Source: Calditrichaceae bacterium
GTDB lineage: Bacteria; Calditrichota; Calditrichia; Calditrichales; JBFXGD01
Assembly (NCBI GenBank): GCA_050178385.1
Contig: JBFXGD010000079.1
Coordinates: 1 to 14,854 of the forward strand
DNA: 14,854 nt
Reading direction: 5' to 3'
The notes beneath the pieces are model-generated. The model had not been told where the DNA came from. It worked only from the letters and a program-made list of their open reading frames with translations, and did not search any database. Below, piece by piece: positions 1-9,472 of the stretch; position 1 is the stretch's first letter, and every line of letters starts with the position of its first letter. A program made the translations under genes and the position numbers.

Positions 1-37
1 AGATGATGAAATAATTTAAACCGGCATTTTTTCATTG

Positions 38-478
38 TTATAATGAGGACAAGTGATTTCTCGCTAATGCGCGAACTGCCTGCACCATGGCCATAAGTCC
101 CATTCCTTTACCCATTGAAATGTTCTGCCGAAAGATTTTATATACGATTTCATCCGGGATCTCCGCGACTTCAGAGGCTGTAAGACCGGAGAGTGTTTTC
201 TCCAGAATGGCTGCTAATGCTTTCGCCGAAATTCCGGATGGATTTTCCACTGCAAAATATAGTTTAACCGTCCCGTCATCCTGGAGAATGGACCAGACAA
301 AGGCGTCCGATTCACAATAGGGGATTTTGTTCCTTTCCGGAAACGGACGTTTTGCAATTTCCGGAGGAACTTCCCGATATTGATCCGCATAGCTTATCAG
401 AAACTCTGCCCGATCGGTCAGATCATCCACAAGAGAAAGGTTTTCGATAAGTTCCGCCAGCTTTTCCGGCACGCGCAT
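38..478 (-). CDS. sufE: SufE-family sulfur acceptor / Fe-S metabolism-associated protein
   Basis: About 146 aa with the SufE layout: 'DRAEFLISYA' helix, conserved Cys in 'KIPYCESDAFVW' (codon 316..314; compare SufE GCQSQVW), 'ISAKALAAIL..LSGLTASEV..IP' and a C-terminal 'GKGMGLMAMV'. Start is ATG 478 or the adjacent TTG 481, after GGAAG. Lies about 30 bp downstream of the sulfurtransferase on the same strand. Confidence 0.88.
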   Translation of the reverse strand: MRVPEKLAELIENLSLVDDLTDRAEFLISYADQYREVPPEIAKRPFPERNKIPYCESDAFVWSILQDDGTVKLYFAVENPSGISAKALAAILEKTLSGLTASEVAEIPDEIVYKIFRQNISMGKGMGLMAMVQAVRALARNHLSSL

Positions 479-510
479 CAAATCTTCCAGGGATCGTTTG
501 ACTTCAACAC

Positions 511-1374
511 TTATTTTTCAATCGGAACGTTTACAAGATTCCCGTACTCCGTCCAGGATCCGTCATAATTCCGCACATGATTATATCCAATCAGATAGGT
601 GAGTACAAACCAGGATAAACTGCTTCGTTCACCGATCCTGCAATATGTGATAATGTCATTATCCGGTTTTAATCCCTGTTTGCGCAGATATATTTCCTTT
701 AAATCCTGTGAATCTTTAAACGTACCGTCTTCAGCATTCACCGCCATGCTCCATGGCACATTGGCCGCGCCCGGTATATGACCGCCTCTTAATGCCCCCT
801 CATTGGGATATCCTTCCATGTGCAACCGCGCGCCACTGTACTCTTCAGGACTGCGCACATCAACAAGCGGCAGTTTCTTTTCAACATGTTTCAGAACATC
901 ATCCCGGAAGGCGCGAATATTGTGGTCGCTGCGCTCACGCGCCGCGTACCTGCTCACAGAATATTTAGGGACATCTCTTGTCATGGGCCGCCGCTCCATT
1001 TCCCACTTAACACGGCCTCCATCCATGATCTTCATCCGGTTATGACCGAACAAACTGAACACCCAAAAGGCATAGCACGCCCACCAGTTATTCTTATCGC
1101 CATAAAAAACAGCCGTTGTGTCTTTTGTCATGCCAATTCTGGACATCAGTTCTTCAAACCCACCGCGGTGGATATAATCACGGCGTACCTGATCATTTAA
1201 ATCCGTCGTCCAGTCCACATGTACGGCGCCGGGTATATGCCCGGATGAGTACAACAGTGTGTCCTCATTTGATTCAATGATGCGTATCTCCGGATTTTTG
1301 AGATTTTCTTCCACCCAATCCGTTGACACCAGTACTTCGGGGTGTACATATCCCCGTTTATCTATGTTATTCAT
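511..1374 (-). CDS. sseA: Tandem-domain thiosulfate/3-mercaptopyruvate sulfurtransferase (rhodanese, SseA/CysA type)
   Basis: Rhodanese motifs 'LVSTDWV', '[10 protein letters not shown]', 'MDGGRVKW', '[12 protein letters not shown]', '[12 protein letters not shown]', active-site loop 'YCRIGERSS' (Cys codon 642..640) and '[12 protein letters not shown]'. ATG 1374 is preferred over TTG 1386 because GGAG lies 6 nt upstream of it. Confidence 0.95.
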   Translation of the reverse strand: MNNIDKRGYVHPEVLVSTDWVEENLKNPEIRIIESNEDTLLYSSGHIPGAVHVDWTTDLNDQVRRDYIHRGGFEELMSRIGMTKDTTAVFYGDKNNWWACYAFWVFSLFGHNRMKIMDGGRVKWEMERRPMTRDVPKYSVSRYAARERSDHNIRAFRDDVLKHVEKKLPLVDVRSPEEYSGARLHMEGYPNEGALRGGHIPGAANVPWSMAVNAEDGTFKDSQDLKEIYLRKQGLKPDNDIITYCRIGERSSLSWFVLTYLIGYNHVRNYDGSWTEYGNLVNVPIEK

Positions 1375-1514
1375 AGGATACTCCAATTATTAATGGTTGA
1401 AACTGTATTAGGTTTAGCGAAGGAAAATGACGGAAAATTCCCCGGGATTACGGGTTATCTTACTAACTTAGTTGTGGATAGAAGAAATAATATATGAATT
1501 CTGAATTAAAGAAA

Positions 1515-2027
1515 TTACCCCAGGGACTGCCCGGCATATATCGTTTTACTCTCTGCCGGCCTGCCTGTGCTGTTTTTCATCCTGATATGGATTGTCTTTT
1601 CGATTTTCGCGTGTGTGACCCCATCCGAAGATTTGAGTTCGACCATGTATTTCCGGTCCGTCTTTGGATTAAGTTTCAAAAATTTAACAATCTCAGAGAT
1701 TTCATTTTCGTCCAGAGTGAAATCCGCGTACAGGGTCTCCCGTCCGGGTTTCACAAAACGAATTGAAGCGGCTTTATCCCATACAATGTAATCCGGGCCC
1801 AAAATCTTAAGAAGCATAATCATATAAATCGGATCAACTCCACCATACATGCTTCCGCCGAATATAGTATTGACATAATTTCTTGTTCTCATACTCAGGG
1901 GAATTTTAATCCGGATATTGGTCCAGTCACCTGAAATATGGAGGATACGCGCTCCCGTACCTCTGTATGCGGGAAAGATATTCATCCCCCATCTGAAAAT
2001 TTTTGTTTTGAATGTTTCGGATACCAC
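1515..2027 (-). CDS. DUF4442 / hotdog-fold (PaaI-like) putative acyl-CoA thioesterase
   Basis: 'FPAYRGTGARI', 'RTRNYVNTIFGGSMYGGVDPIYMIML' and 'VWDKAASIRFVKPGR' are typical of DUF4442 hotdog-fold proteins. GTG start is preceded by AGGA. Confidence 0.85.
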   Translation of the reverse strand: MVSETFKTKIFRWGMNIFPAYRGTGARILHISGDWTNIRIKIPLSMRTRNYVNTIFGGSMYGGVDPIYMIMLLKILGPDYIVWDKAASIRFVKPGRETLYADFTLDENEISEIVKFLKLNPKTDRKYMVELKSSDGVTHAKIEKTIHIRMKNSTGRPAESKTIYAGQSLG

Positions 2028-2138
2028 AGTATTTCCTAATAATATTCATTGGCGAGAAATATAGTTTTATTAAGTTAGAAATTTATAAAAAATATCCGAC
2101 AGAAAAAATTAATTCTTACACCCCCCATATCAAAAAAC

Positions 2139-5100
2139 TCATTGCGGGTTTTTCTCATGATTTTCTAAAATAACCTTGCTGACCGTTTCGGCAAGTTCTT
2201 TAATATTGAAAGGCTTGGTTATCACACCCTTAAAACCATATTCCTCATAATTCGCCATCACCGGATCATTTGAATATCCACTCGTGACAATCGATTTCAG
2301 CCCCGGATCCATTTCTTTCATAATCCGGATCGTTTCCTTGCCGCCCATGCCGCCGGGAACGGTCAAATCCATCAAGACCAGGTCAATCGGTTTACCAGAT
2401 TCCCCGGCCAGCTTGTATTTTTCAATTGCTTCCCTGCCGTCAAAAGCGAAAACAACTTCATATCCTAATTTTTTGAGCATATTTCCGCATGCTTTCAGGA
2501 TAAGATCATCATCATCCATTACCAGAATGATTCCGCTGCCTTTGGTTATTTTTTCAGTACCGGGAATTACCGCTTTTTTGGTTGTTGCTACCGCCGGAAG
2601 ATAAATGATAAATTCCGTTCCTCTCCCAAGCTCTGATTTTACAGTGATATATCCCTGATGATTTTTTATAATCGAATGGGTGGTGGCAAGTCCCAGTCCG
2701 TTACCCTGCTGTTTTGTGGTAAAATAGGGATCAAATATTTTATCCAGATGATTCATGGGGATCCCAATCCCCTCGTCTCTTATGATCACTTTTATATACT
2801 TTCCGCTTTTTAGCAGACTGTTTTTATCTTCCTTAACATGCAGATTCTCCGCGATTATTTCCAGTTTACCCCCTTCCGGCATCGCCTGATCAGCATTTAT
2901 AACAAGATTATTCATAACCTGACTCAGCTGCCCTTCATCAACTTCAATAGACCACAGATTCTTCGGAATTGATATTTTTGACTTAACGTTGGATCCTCTC
3001 AACGCAAACTCAGATGTTTCTTTTATAAGCATTCCCACATCCGATAATTTTTTAACCGGCGCGCCACCGCGTGAAAAAGTCAATAACTGCTGGGTCAGAT
3101 CCTTTGCCCTCATTGTAGCTTTCTCGGCATCATCGAGCCGGTCGAATGTTTTTTCCCCGGGTTTGAGATTTAATTTGGCGAGCGAGATGTTTCCCAAAAT
3201 TGCCGTCAGCAGGTTATTAAAATCATGGGCTATTCCCCCGGCAAGCAATCCAACCGACTCGAGTTTTCTGTTTTTTAAAACTTCATTTTCAAGGAACCGA
3301 TGCTCGGTAATATCTCTGAAAACCAATACTATACCAAGTATTTTGCTGTCTCTATCTCTGATCGGCGCGCCGCTGTCGGCAATAATTCTCTCCGTCCCGT
3401 CTTTAGAAATTAACAGTGTCGAACTTGCAAGACCTACAATCGCCCCGGATTTCATAACTTTTTTAACCGGATTTTCGGCAGGTTTTTTTGTTTTTTCATC
3501 GATAATTCTGAATACTGCATGCAAGGGTTTTCCATGAGCCTCGGATTGTGTCCAGCCGGTCAGCTCCTCCGCCACATTATTCAGCATTACAATATTTCCA
3601 TGAATATCAGTGGTTATTACGGCATCACCAATGCTTCTCAATGTCACGGCCAAACGTTCTTTTTCCGCCGCCAAATCTTCTTCCACCTTTATCCGGTCAG
3701 TTATATCCACACAAACACCGTTTATCTGGCAGGTTATGCCATTTTCATCCAAAAGCGGTTCCGCTGTTTCATAAAGCCAGCGTATATTGCCGTCTTTTCT
3801 AATAACACGATATTCTCCGTGAGCCGCCTGACCATCTAAAAGGGCATTGATTGACGTTTTTACAAATCCAGAATCATCCGGATGAATGATTGAGGACCAG
3901 AGGCTTCCATTCGCGTTTAAAAATTCTTCTGATTTGTATCCCGTTATTCTGTATATATTCTCAGTATAAATGGAATAGGAAATATTTCTATTTTTATCTG
4001 AATTCGCGCTCCACAGAAAACCGTTAACGCTTGAAGTCAGATCGTCCATCCTTTGCTTATTGATGATGAGCTCATTTTCGATTTTCTCCCTCTCCCCGAC
4101 CATATAATTCGCTGATTCCGCCAGCACTTTAAATTCATCAAGCTTTAGCTTTCCCTCACTGATCTTTTTATGCTTGTGTGCCGCCTGCTTAAAGAAGGAT
4201 GTAAATATATCGAATTCGTCCTTAATTTTTTCCGAATAATAATTAGCAAGCAGCAAGGTCAGTGTGAGAACGAATATAAAAAGCAGCAAAATACTGATAA
4301 TGTGCTGCATCACCCCCATCTTCAGTTGCTTCTTATGCGCGGATATAACACTGTTTATGTCATCAAGATATACACCCGCGCCTATCATCCATTTCCAGTC
4401 ACTCACCGCTTTGATAAATGATATCTTTGGCGAATGTTGGCGGGTTGACGGTTTTAGCCAAGAGTAATGTATATATCCCCCTTCAGGATTTTCGGCCGCT
4501 TTTCTCTCTAACTGTACAACTTTTACGCCATTGGTGTCCGTCAATTCCCAGACATTATCTCCCGCTTTATATTTTTCCGAGTCAATGATCAGCGCGATTC
4601 CATCAAAAGTGTTAACAAAAACATACCCGTTTTCATCATAGCTAATCCTTGAAATTCGCTCAAGAACTTCTTTCTTAATATCATTTTCGACATTATCAAG
4701 GAATTCTCCGGTACCGATAAACCAGTTGAAAGGCTCAAAAATCTTTACAAACCCTATCTTGGGAGATGTATTTCCTGAGTTGTCATCCGGGCGGTGCCAG
4801 TAATACTTTCGATAAATTTCCTTTTTCTTTTTTATAAGCGCGATGATTTCTTTAGTCACATATTTTCCGTCTGCATCAACCCATTCCCCCAGACTGGTGC
4901 CCTCCACTGACGGTTCCGGAGGATATAACCGAGAGACGCCGTTCATATCCGTCACAATAAAATAACTCCTCCCACTGTTAAATCGGGCAGGCCTGAGAGC
5001 ATCAATGACCATTCTTTTTAAATCGCTATCCGGATACCGGTGTTTGTTTTGGTTATAAATATTGGAGGCTATGGCATGGGCCTGATAAACACGTTGTTTT

Positions 5101-5348
5101 AAATCAGCACGAAGATTTTTTTCATACACTGTCCTGTTATACTGAATATAGCTGATAACATTTTCAACCTGATCCCTGACCATTTTCTTTTGAGATTCTA
5201 TATATGTTCTTTCCAGCTCTTCCGACTGTTGTTCAAACTGACGGAATTCGGCTGTTATCCAGAAAAAGCCGATAGAAACAGACATAAGTATCAGCGCCGC
5301 GGTGGCGCCGGTCATAAAAATACGTCTGATATTGTTGTTTTTAAACAT
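2139..5348 (-). CDS. Membrane-bound hybrid sensor histidine kinase/response regulator (TM - 2x Cache_2 - TM - 2x PAS - HisKA - HATPase_c - REC; CckA-like transmitter)
   Basis: Two TM segments flank two Cache-like repeats ending 'WFIGTGEFLD' and 'WMIGAGVYLD'. PAS motifs: 'IIHPDD..GEYRVIRKDGNIRWL' and 'SIGDAVITTD..GTERIIADSGAPI'. H-box 'GGIAHDFNNLL' (His codon 3227..3225), N-box 'NLVINADQAM', G-boxes 'DEGIGI', 'FDPYFTTK', 'GNGLGL'. REC: 'VMDDD', 'LMDLTVPGGMGG', 'KPF'. ATG 5348 has GGAG 7 nt upstream, so it is preferred to TTG 5387. Confidence 0.95.
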   Translation of the reverse strand: MFKNNNIRRIFMTGATAALILMSVSIGFFWITAEFRQFEQQSEELERTYIESQKKMVRDQVENVISYIQYNRTVYEKNLRADLKQRVYQAHAIASNIYNQNKHRYPDSDLKRMVIDALRPARFNSGRSYFIVTDMNGVSRLYPPEPSVEGTSLGEWVDADGKYVTKEIIALIKKKKEIYRKYYWHRPDDNSGNTSPKIGFVKIFEPFNWFIGTGEFLDNVENDIKKEVLERISRISYDENGYVFVNTFDGIALIIDSEKYKAGDNVWELTDTNGVKVVQLERKAAENPEGGYIHYSWLKPSTRQHSPKISFIKAVSDWKWMIGAGVYLDDINSVISAHKKQLKMGVMQHIISILLLFIFVLTLTLLLANYYSEKIKDEFDIFTSFFKQAAHKHKKISEGKLKLDEFKVLAESANYMVGEREKIENELIINKQRMDDLTSSVNGFLWSANSDKNRNISYSIYTENIYRITGYKSEEFLNANGSLWSSIIHPDDSGFVKTSINALLDGQAAHGEYRVIRKDGNIRWLYETAEPLLDENGITCQINGVCVDITDRIKVEEDLAAEKERLAVTLRSIGDAVITTDIHGNIVMLNNVAEELTGWTQSEAHGKPLHAVFRIIDEKTKKPAENPVKKVMKSGAIVGLASSTLLISKDGTERIIADSGAPIRDRDSKILGIVLVFRDITEHRFLENEVLKNRKLESVGLLAGGIAHDFNNLLTAILGNISLAKLNLKPGEKTFDRLDDAEKATMRAKDLTQQLLTFSRGGAPVKKLSDVGMLIKETSEFALRGSNVKSKISIPKNLWSIEVDEGQLSQVMNNLVINADQAMPEGGKLEIIAENLHVKEDKNSLLKSGKYIKVIIRDEGIGIPMNHLDKIFDPYFTTKQQGNGLGLATTHSIIKNHQGYITVKSELGRGTEFIIYLPAVATTKKAVIPGTEKITKGSGIILVMDDDDLILKACGNMLKKLGYEVVFAFDGREAIEKYKLAGESGKPIDLVLMDLTVPGGMGGKETIRIMKEMDPGLKSIVTSGYSNDPVMANYEEYGFKGVITKPFNIKELAETVSKVILENHEKNPQ

Positions 5349-5658
5349 TGGGGACTCCAGAATTGGGCCTGATCTGAGTTCTTCCAAATTTATTAAATAT
5401 ATTATTATGATATGTGATAAATTTAATTTCTCAAAGTAAAAAATAAAATATTACATCCAGGTCAATGCATTTGTCGGAATAAAGCGTCTTTTTACCTACC
5501 AGGCGCATATAAAATAAATGTTGTTTATGCGTATATATTTTGGGAATTTGTAGTATTTCCGGGAATTTCTGTGAACTAAGATATTGCATTCTCGTTTAAT
5601 TTCCGAATTGATCGGCGTGATCCAGGGTGATTACAACATTTTTTAAGGATTGCATTTT
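5349..5658. promoter_or_regulatory. AT-rich divergent intergenic region expected to contain promoters for the hybrid kinase (-) and the hydrolase A/NTT unit (+)
   Basis: 310-bp non-coding, AT-rich gap between divergent starts. Contains an 8-bp direct repeat GGGAATTT (5542-5549, 5561-5568) and RBS AAGGA at 5645-5649. No individual -35/-10 pair can be assigned confidently. Confidence 0.55.
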
Positions 5659-6576
5659 ATGAAAATAATCTATCTTTTAATTACTGCTTTATTAGTTTTT
5701 ATCCCGCAAGGCTTTACTCAGTCAGTTAAAGATGAGCCCCTTCCTTACTCCATCGCTGACAAGGAAATAAAACCATTAAGAAAACTGGTTGACAAGGATT
5801 TTCAGAATGAATTGGAAAAGCAGCTTCGAAAAGACAAGACCTGGGCCAGGCTGATCGATAAAAAGAAAATGTCCGTCGGTCTTGTTGATATCAGTGATCC
5901 CCATCATGTCCGTTTTGCGAGGGTTAATGGCGACTTGATGATGTATGCGGCAAGTCTGCCAAAACTGGCAATCCTGCTGGGTTCAGCTCAGGCGCTTGAA
6001 GACGGTACACTTGAAGAGACGCCGGAAATATTAAATGATATGCGCCTAATGATTAGTAAGTCAGATAATTCGGCGGCAACGCGGATGATTGACCGGATTG
6101 GGTTTAAACAAATCCAGTCTGTCCTCATGAATCCAAAGTATCAGCTCTACGCGCCGGATCTGGGGGGCGGTTTGTGGGTCGGTAAACGCTACGCGAAATT
6201 GGGAAAACGCTATCCTGATCCTTTAATGGGTCTTAGCCATGGCGCTACCGCCACACAGGTTTGCCGGTATTATTATTTGCTGGCGTTTGGGAAACTCGTT
6301 AATCGGGAACGTTCAGCTCAAATGCTGGATTTCCTGGCGGATCCTGAACTTCACCATAAATTTGTGCATAGTCTCGACGAACTCGTTCCCAATGCAAGGA
6401 TTTACAGAAAATCAGGTACCTGGCGGAACTGGCATTCAGATTCTGTGATGGTCTGGGGACCGGAATGGCGGCGTTATATACTTGTGGGACTTGTCGAAGA
6501 TCCTCATGGAGAGGCCATTCTTAGAAATTTGTTATTGACGGCGGAGATTGTTTTAAAATCCGGTAAAAAAATCTAA
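5659..6576 (+). CDS. Exported serine hydrolase of the class A beta-lactamase/PBP fold (Beta-lactamase2-like), hydrolase A
   Basis: Signal peptide MKIIYLLITALLVFIPQGFT. SxxK 'AASLPK' (5953-5964), SxN 'SDN' (6061-6069), KTG-type 'KSG' (6409-6417). ATG 5659 is 9 nt after AAGGA. No ExxLN omega-loop motif seen. Confidence 0.88.
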   Translation: MKIIYLLITALLVFIPQGFTQSVKDEPLPYSIADKEIKPLRKLVDKDFQNELEKQLRKDKTWARLIDKKKMSVGLVDISDPHHVRFARVNGDLMMYAASLPKLAILLGSAQALEDGTLEETPEILNDMRLMISKSDNSAATRMIDRIGFKQIQSVLMNPKYQLYAPDLGGGLWVGKRYAKLGKRYPDPLMGLSHGATATQVCRYYYLLAFGKLVNRERSAQMLDFLADPELHHKFVHSLDELVPNARIYRKSGTWRNWHSDSVMVWGPEWRRYILVGLVEDPHGEAILRNLLLTAEIVLKSGKKI

Positions 6577-6595
6577 CACTAAAGAGTATGGTTTT

Positions 6596-9472
6596 ATGGT
6601 GGCCAGAAATAACGTTTCCAGTGTAAAATTCATCGATATTGTTGAAAAGATACTAAACGAAACTTTTGATATACGGCACGGTGAGGGAAGACGGGCCCTT
6701 ATGATGTGGGGCTATATTTTTCTGATCATCTCCTCCCTGCTCATTGTAAAACCCGTCGTTATTTCTATGTTCCTCACCCGGTTCGGCGTTGAACAGCTGC
6801 CTTTTGTATTTATTCTGGTGGCTGTGTTCGCGGCTGCCATATCATCGCTTTATTCAGGACTGCTCAAAAAAGTGCCGGTTCATCATTTAATTGTAAAGAC
6901 TCTTAAAATTTCGATTACTTTTTTATTCATATTCTGGTCGTTTCTGCAGTTAAATTTGCTGCCAGGCTGGATCATATACATTTTTTATATATTTGTCGCC
7001 ATATTTGCCGTCATCTCCAGTTCTCAGTTCTGGATACTCGCAAATGTGATTTTTAACGCCAGGGAGGCAAAGCGCTTATTCGGATTTATCGGGTCCGGAG
7101 CCATTGCCGGAGGTATATTCGGCGGATATCTTACAAATTTTCTTGCACCTGTCATTAGCAGCGAAAATCTGATCTTTATCTGTATCGCGTTTTTATTGTT
7201 GTGTATTCCGATCACAAATAATTTATGGAAGGAGTATTTTAAGAACGCCGAACACCGCAAACTATACCGTGAACATCCGGTAGCCGTGACGGCAGCTCAT
7301 CCGGTCAGGATAATCAGGCAGTCAAAACATCTTATTTATCTGGCAAGCATTGTCGGAACAGGCGTTCTGGTCGCCAAACTTATTGAATACCAGTTCGGGG
7401 CCATCGCCGCCAGAGAAATCACCAATGAAGATCAGTTAACCGCGTTCTTCGGATTCTGGCTTTCCAATCTGAATATCGCCTCCCTCCTGATCCAGCTGTT
7501 TGTCACTCGCCGGGTTGTGGGTGTTTTTGGAGTGGGAACATCATTGTTTTTTCTGCCGGTAGGAATTCTCTTTGGAGCGGTGACCATCTTTATCACTCCC
7601 GTGCTGTGGGCGGGAATATTTATTAAAATAACAGACGGCAGTCTTAAGAACTCCATAAACAAGGCCGGGATCGAACTGCTCGCCCTGCCTATTCCGGTGG
7701 GAATTAAGAATCAGGCAAAATCGTTCATCGATGTTTTTGTGGATAGTTTCGCGACAGGTATCGGCGGCTTGCTTCTCATCTTTTTGACATATGGATTTGA
7801 TTTCACCATCAGACAGATCAGTCTTATTATTATTTTATTGCTTTCTCTATGGATTTATCTTGTCACCAGGATTAGAAAAGAGTATATCAATTCATTCCGC
7901 TTAAAGATTGAGCCCAATAAAGTACACTCAAATTCCGGTTTGCCTGATATTCAAAACGAGTCCGTATATGGAGGATTCATCAAAATCCTTGAGGGAAAAA
8001 ATGAATCTCAGATTCTCCAAATTCTCAAAATGGTAAAACCGGTTCAAAATGACCGCCTGATTCCCTGTTTTCAACGACTTCTAAACCATCATTCCGGAGA
8101 GATAAAACTGGAAGTATTGAGAAATATCTATTTCTATAAACACCTGGATCTTTCCGATGAAGTCATATCTCTGGCTGATGATCCGGATATGGAAATAAAA
8201 ACAGAGGCCATGCATTATCTGTTTCAAAGCGCCGGAGGGAACAAAATTGACAAACTTAATTCGTTCCTGCAGTCGCCCGATATTACCATTCGCGGAGCCG
8301 CCCTCCTTTGCGCGGCAAGAGAAAGCCGCAATAATCCGGAATTAAGACAGCAATTCAGAGTTAAGGAATCGGTTGACGAACTAATGAAAGATTTGCGGCT
8401 TCAGACCAATAAATCATTGACGAAATCATTAAAAATTATTGCTTCCCGGGTCATTGGCGCCGCGGATATTTCCGAATTGTATCCATACCTTCATATCCTG
8501 TTGAGCGATCGTGATTTTGATATCTTACAAGCCGCCATATTAGCCGCCGGGTCGAGCAAAAACAAGGAATTTCTACCGGTTCTGATCCGGATGCAGAAAA
8601 AGAAAAGATTATGGAAATACACCTATGAAGCTCTCACATCTTTTGGGCCAGATATCCTGGATGATCTGAATGAGCATTTAAATAATCCGTATGTAGACAG
8701 AAATATTCGATTAAGCATTCCCGCTCTGATCGCCAATTTCCGTATTCAAAAAGCGGTTGATGTTCTGGTGAAAAATTTGCAGCTTAAAGACGCGCTTATT
8801 CGCTATGAAGTCATCAATGCCTTATACGACCTGAGACTAAATTCATCCGGACTCAATTTTCATGTCCCGAACATCGTAAACCGGATTTTTGCAGAGGCCC
8901 GCGACTATGTAAACACTCTCGCGTTTCTGTATTTGCAGGTGCAGGCAGATTCAAAAATTGGTGCCCGGACTGCGCCTGATCCCAATCAGACCCAATTACA
9001 CGAAGCCAGAAATTTGCTGATAAAGGCGCTGGAAGATCGCCTGGACAACAATCTGGAAAGAATTTTCCGGTTACTCGGATTAAAATATCCGCCTGAAGAT
9101 ATCGAGAATGTGTACAGCGGAATCACCAGCAGCAAACCTGATGTCCGTGTCAACGCGGTTGAGTTTTTGGATAATGTCCTTGAAAGCGATCTGAAAAAGA
9201 TCATCATACCGATTGTTGAAACGACGATGATCAGTTCTGTGATTGATAAAACGCTTGAGCAGTTCGGCTTAAAAATCAAATCAGAGCACGAATGCTTAAC
9301 GACACTTCTTACAAGCGAAGATTCGACATTGCAAATCCGCACCTTATACCTTGTCAGCCAATTAAAGGACGAGCAGTATCTTCCATACATTGGTTCGTTG
9401 GTAAACAGCCCGGATTCAAAAGTTCGGAAAATGGCCGGTTTCGCGTTAAAACATATCGGTATCGACAGGTAA
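6596..9472 (+). CDS. NTT/TLC (Npt1/Npt2-like, MFS-fold) nucleotide transporter fused to C-terminal HEAT repeats
   Basis: The first ~430 aa have about 12 hydrophobic segments with NTT-like motifs 'LLIVKP', 'QFWILANVIFNAREAKRLFGFIGSGAIAGGIFGG', 'KLIEYQF', 'SLKNSINKAGIELLALPIP' and 'AKSFIDVFVD'. The C-terminal ~520 aa is helical with HEAT signatures ('DPDMEIKTEAM', 'SPDITIRGAAL', 'DALIRYEVINAL', 'PDVRVNAVEFL', 'SPDSKVRKMA'). 19 bp downstream of hydrolase A. Confidence 0.88.
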   Translation: MVARNNVSSVKFIDIVEKILNETFDIRHGEGRRALMMWGYIFLIISSLLIVKPVVISMFLTRFGVEQLPFVFILVAVFAAAISSLYSGLLKKVPVHHLIVKTLKISITFLFIFWSFLQLNLLPGWIIYIFYIFVAIFAVISSSQFWILANVIFNAREAKRLFGFIGSGAIAGGIFGGYLTNFLAPVISSENLIFICIAFLLLCIPITNNLWKEYFKNAEHRKLYREHPVAVTAAHPVRIIRQSKHLIYLASIVGTGVLVAKLIEYQFGAIAAREITNEDQLTAFFGFWLSNLNIASLLIQLFVTRRVVGVFGVGTSLFFLPVGILFGAVTIFITPVLWAGIFIKITDGSLKNSINKAGIELLALPIPVGIKNQAKSFIDVFVDSFATGIGGLLLIFLTYGFDFTIRQISLIIILLLSLWIYLVTRIRKEYINSFRLKIEPNKVHSNSGLPDIQNESVYGGFIKILEGKNESQILQILKMVKPVQNDRLIPCFQRLLNHHSGEIKLEVLRNIYFYKHLDLSDEVISLADDPDMEIKTEAMHYLFQSAGGNKIDKLNSFLQSPDITIRGAALLCAARESRNNPELRQQFRVKESVDELMKDLRLQTNKSLTKSLKIIASRVIGAADISELYPYLHILLSDRDFDILQAAILAAGSSKNKEFLPVLIRMQKKKRLWKYTYEALTSFGPDILDDLNEHLNNPYVDRNIRLSIPALIANFRIQKAVDVLVKNLQLKDALIRYEVINALYDLRLNSSGLNFHVPNIVNRIFAEARDYVNTLAFLYLQVQADSKIGARTAPDPNQTQLHEARNLLIKALEDRLDNNLERIFRLLGLKYPPEDIENVYSGITSSKPDVRVNAVEFLDNVLESDLKKIIIPIVETTMISSVIDKTLEQFGLKIKSEHECLTTLLTSEDSTLQIRTLYLVSQLKDEQYLPYIGSLVNSPDSKVRKMAGFALKHIGIDR

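Noticed and set aside
87..1791. Plus-strand ORFs over sufE, sseA and the DUF4442 gene
   Set aside because: Antisense to clearly recognisable genes.
2284..5372. Plus-strand ORFs within the kinase (e.g. 2989..3537, 182 aa)
   Set aside because: They are antisense shadows of a well-supported CDS, with Ser/Phe/Ile-rich composition and no motifs.
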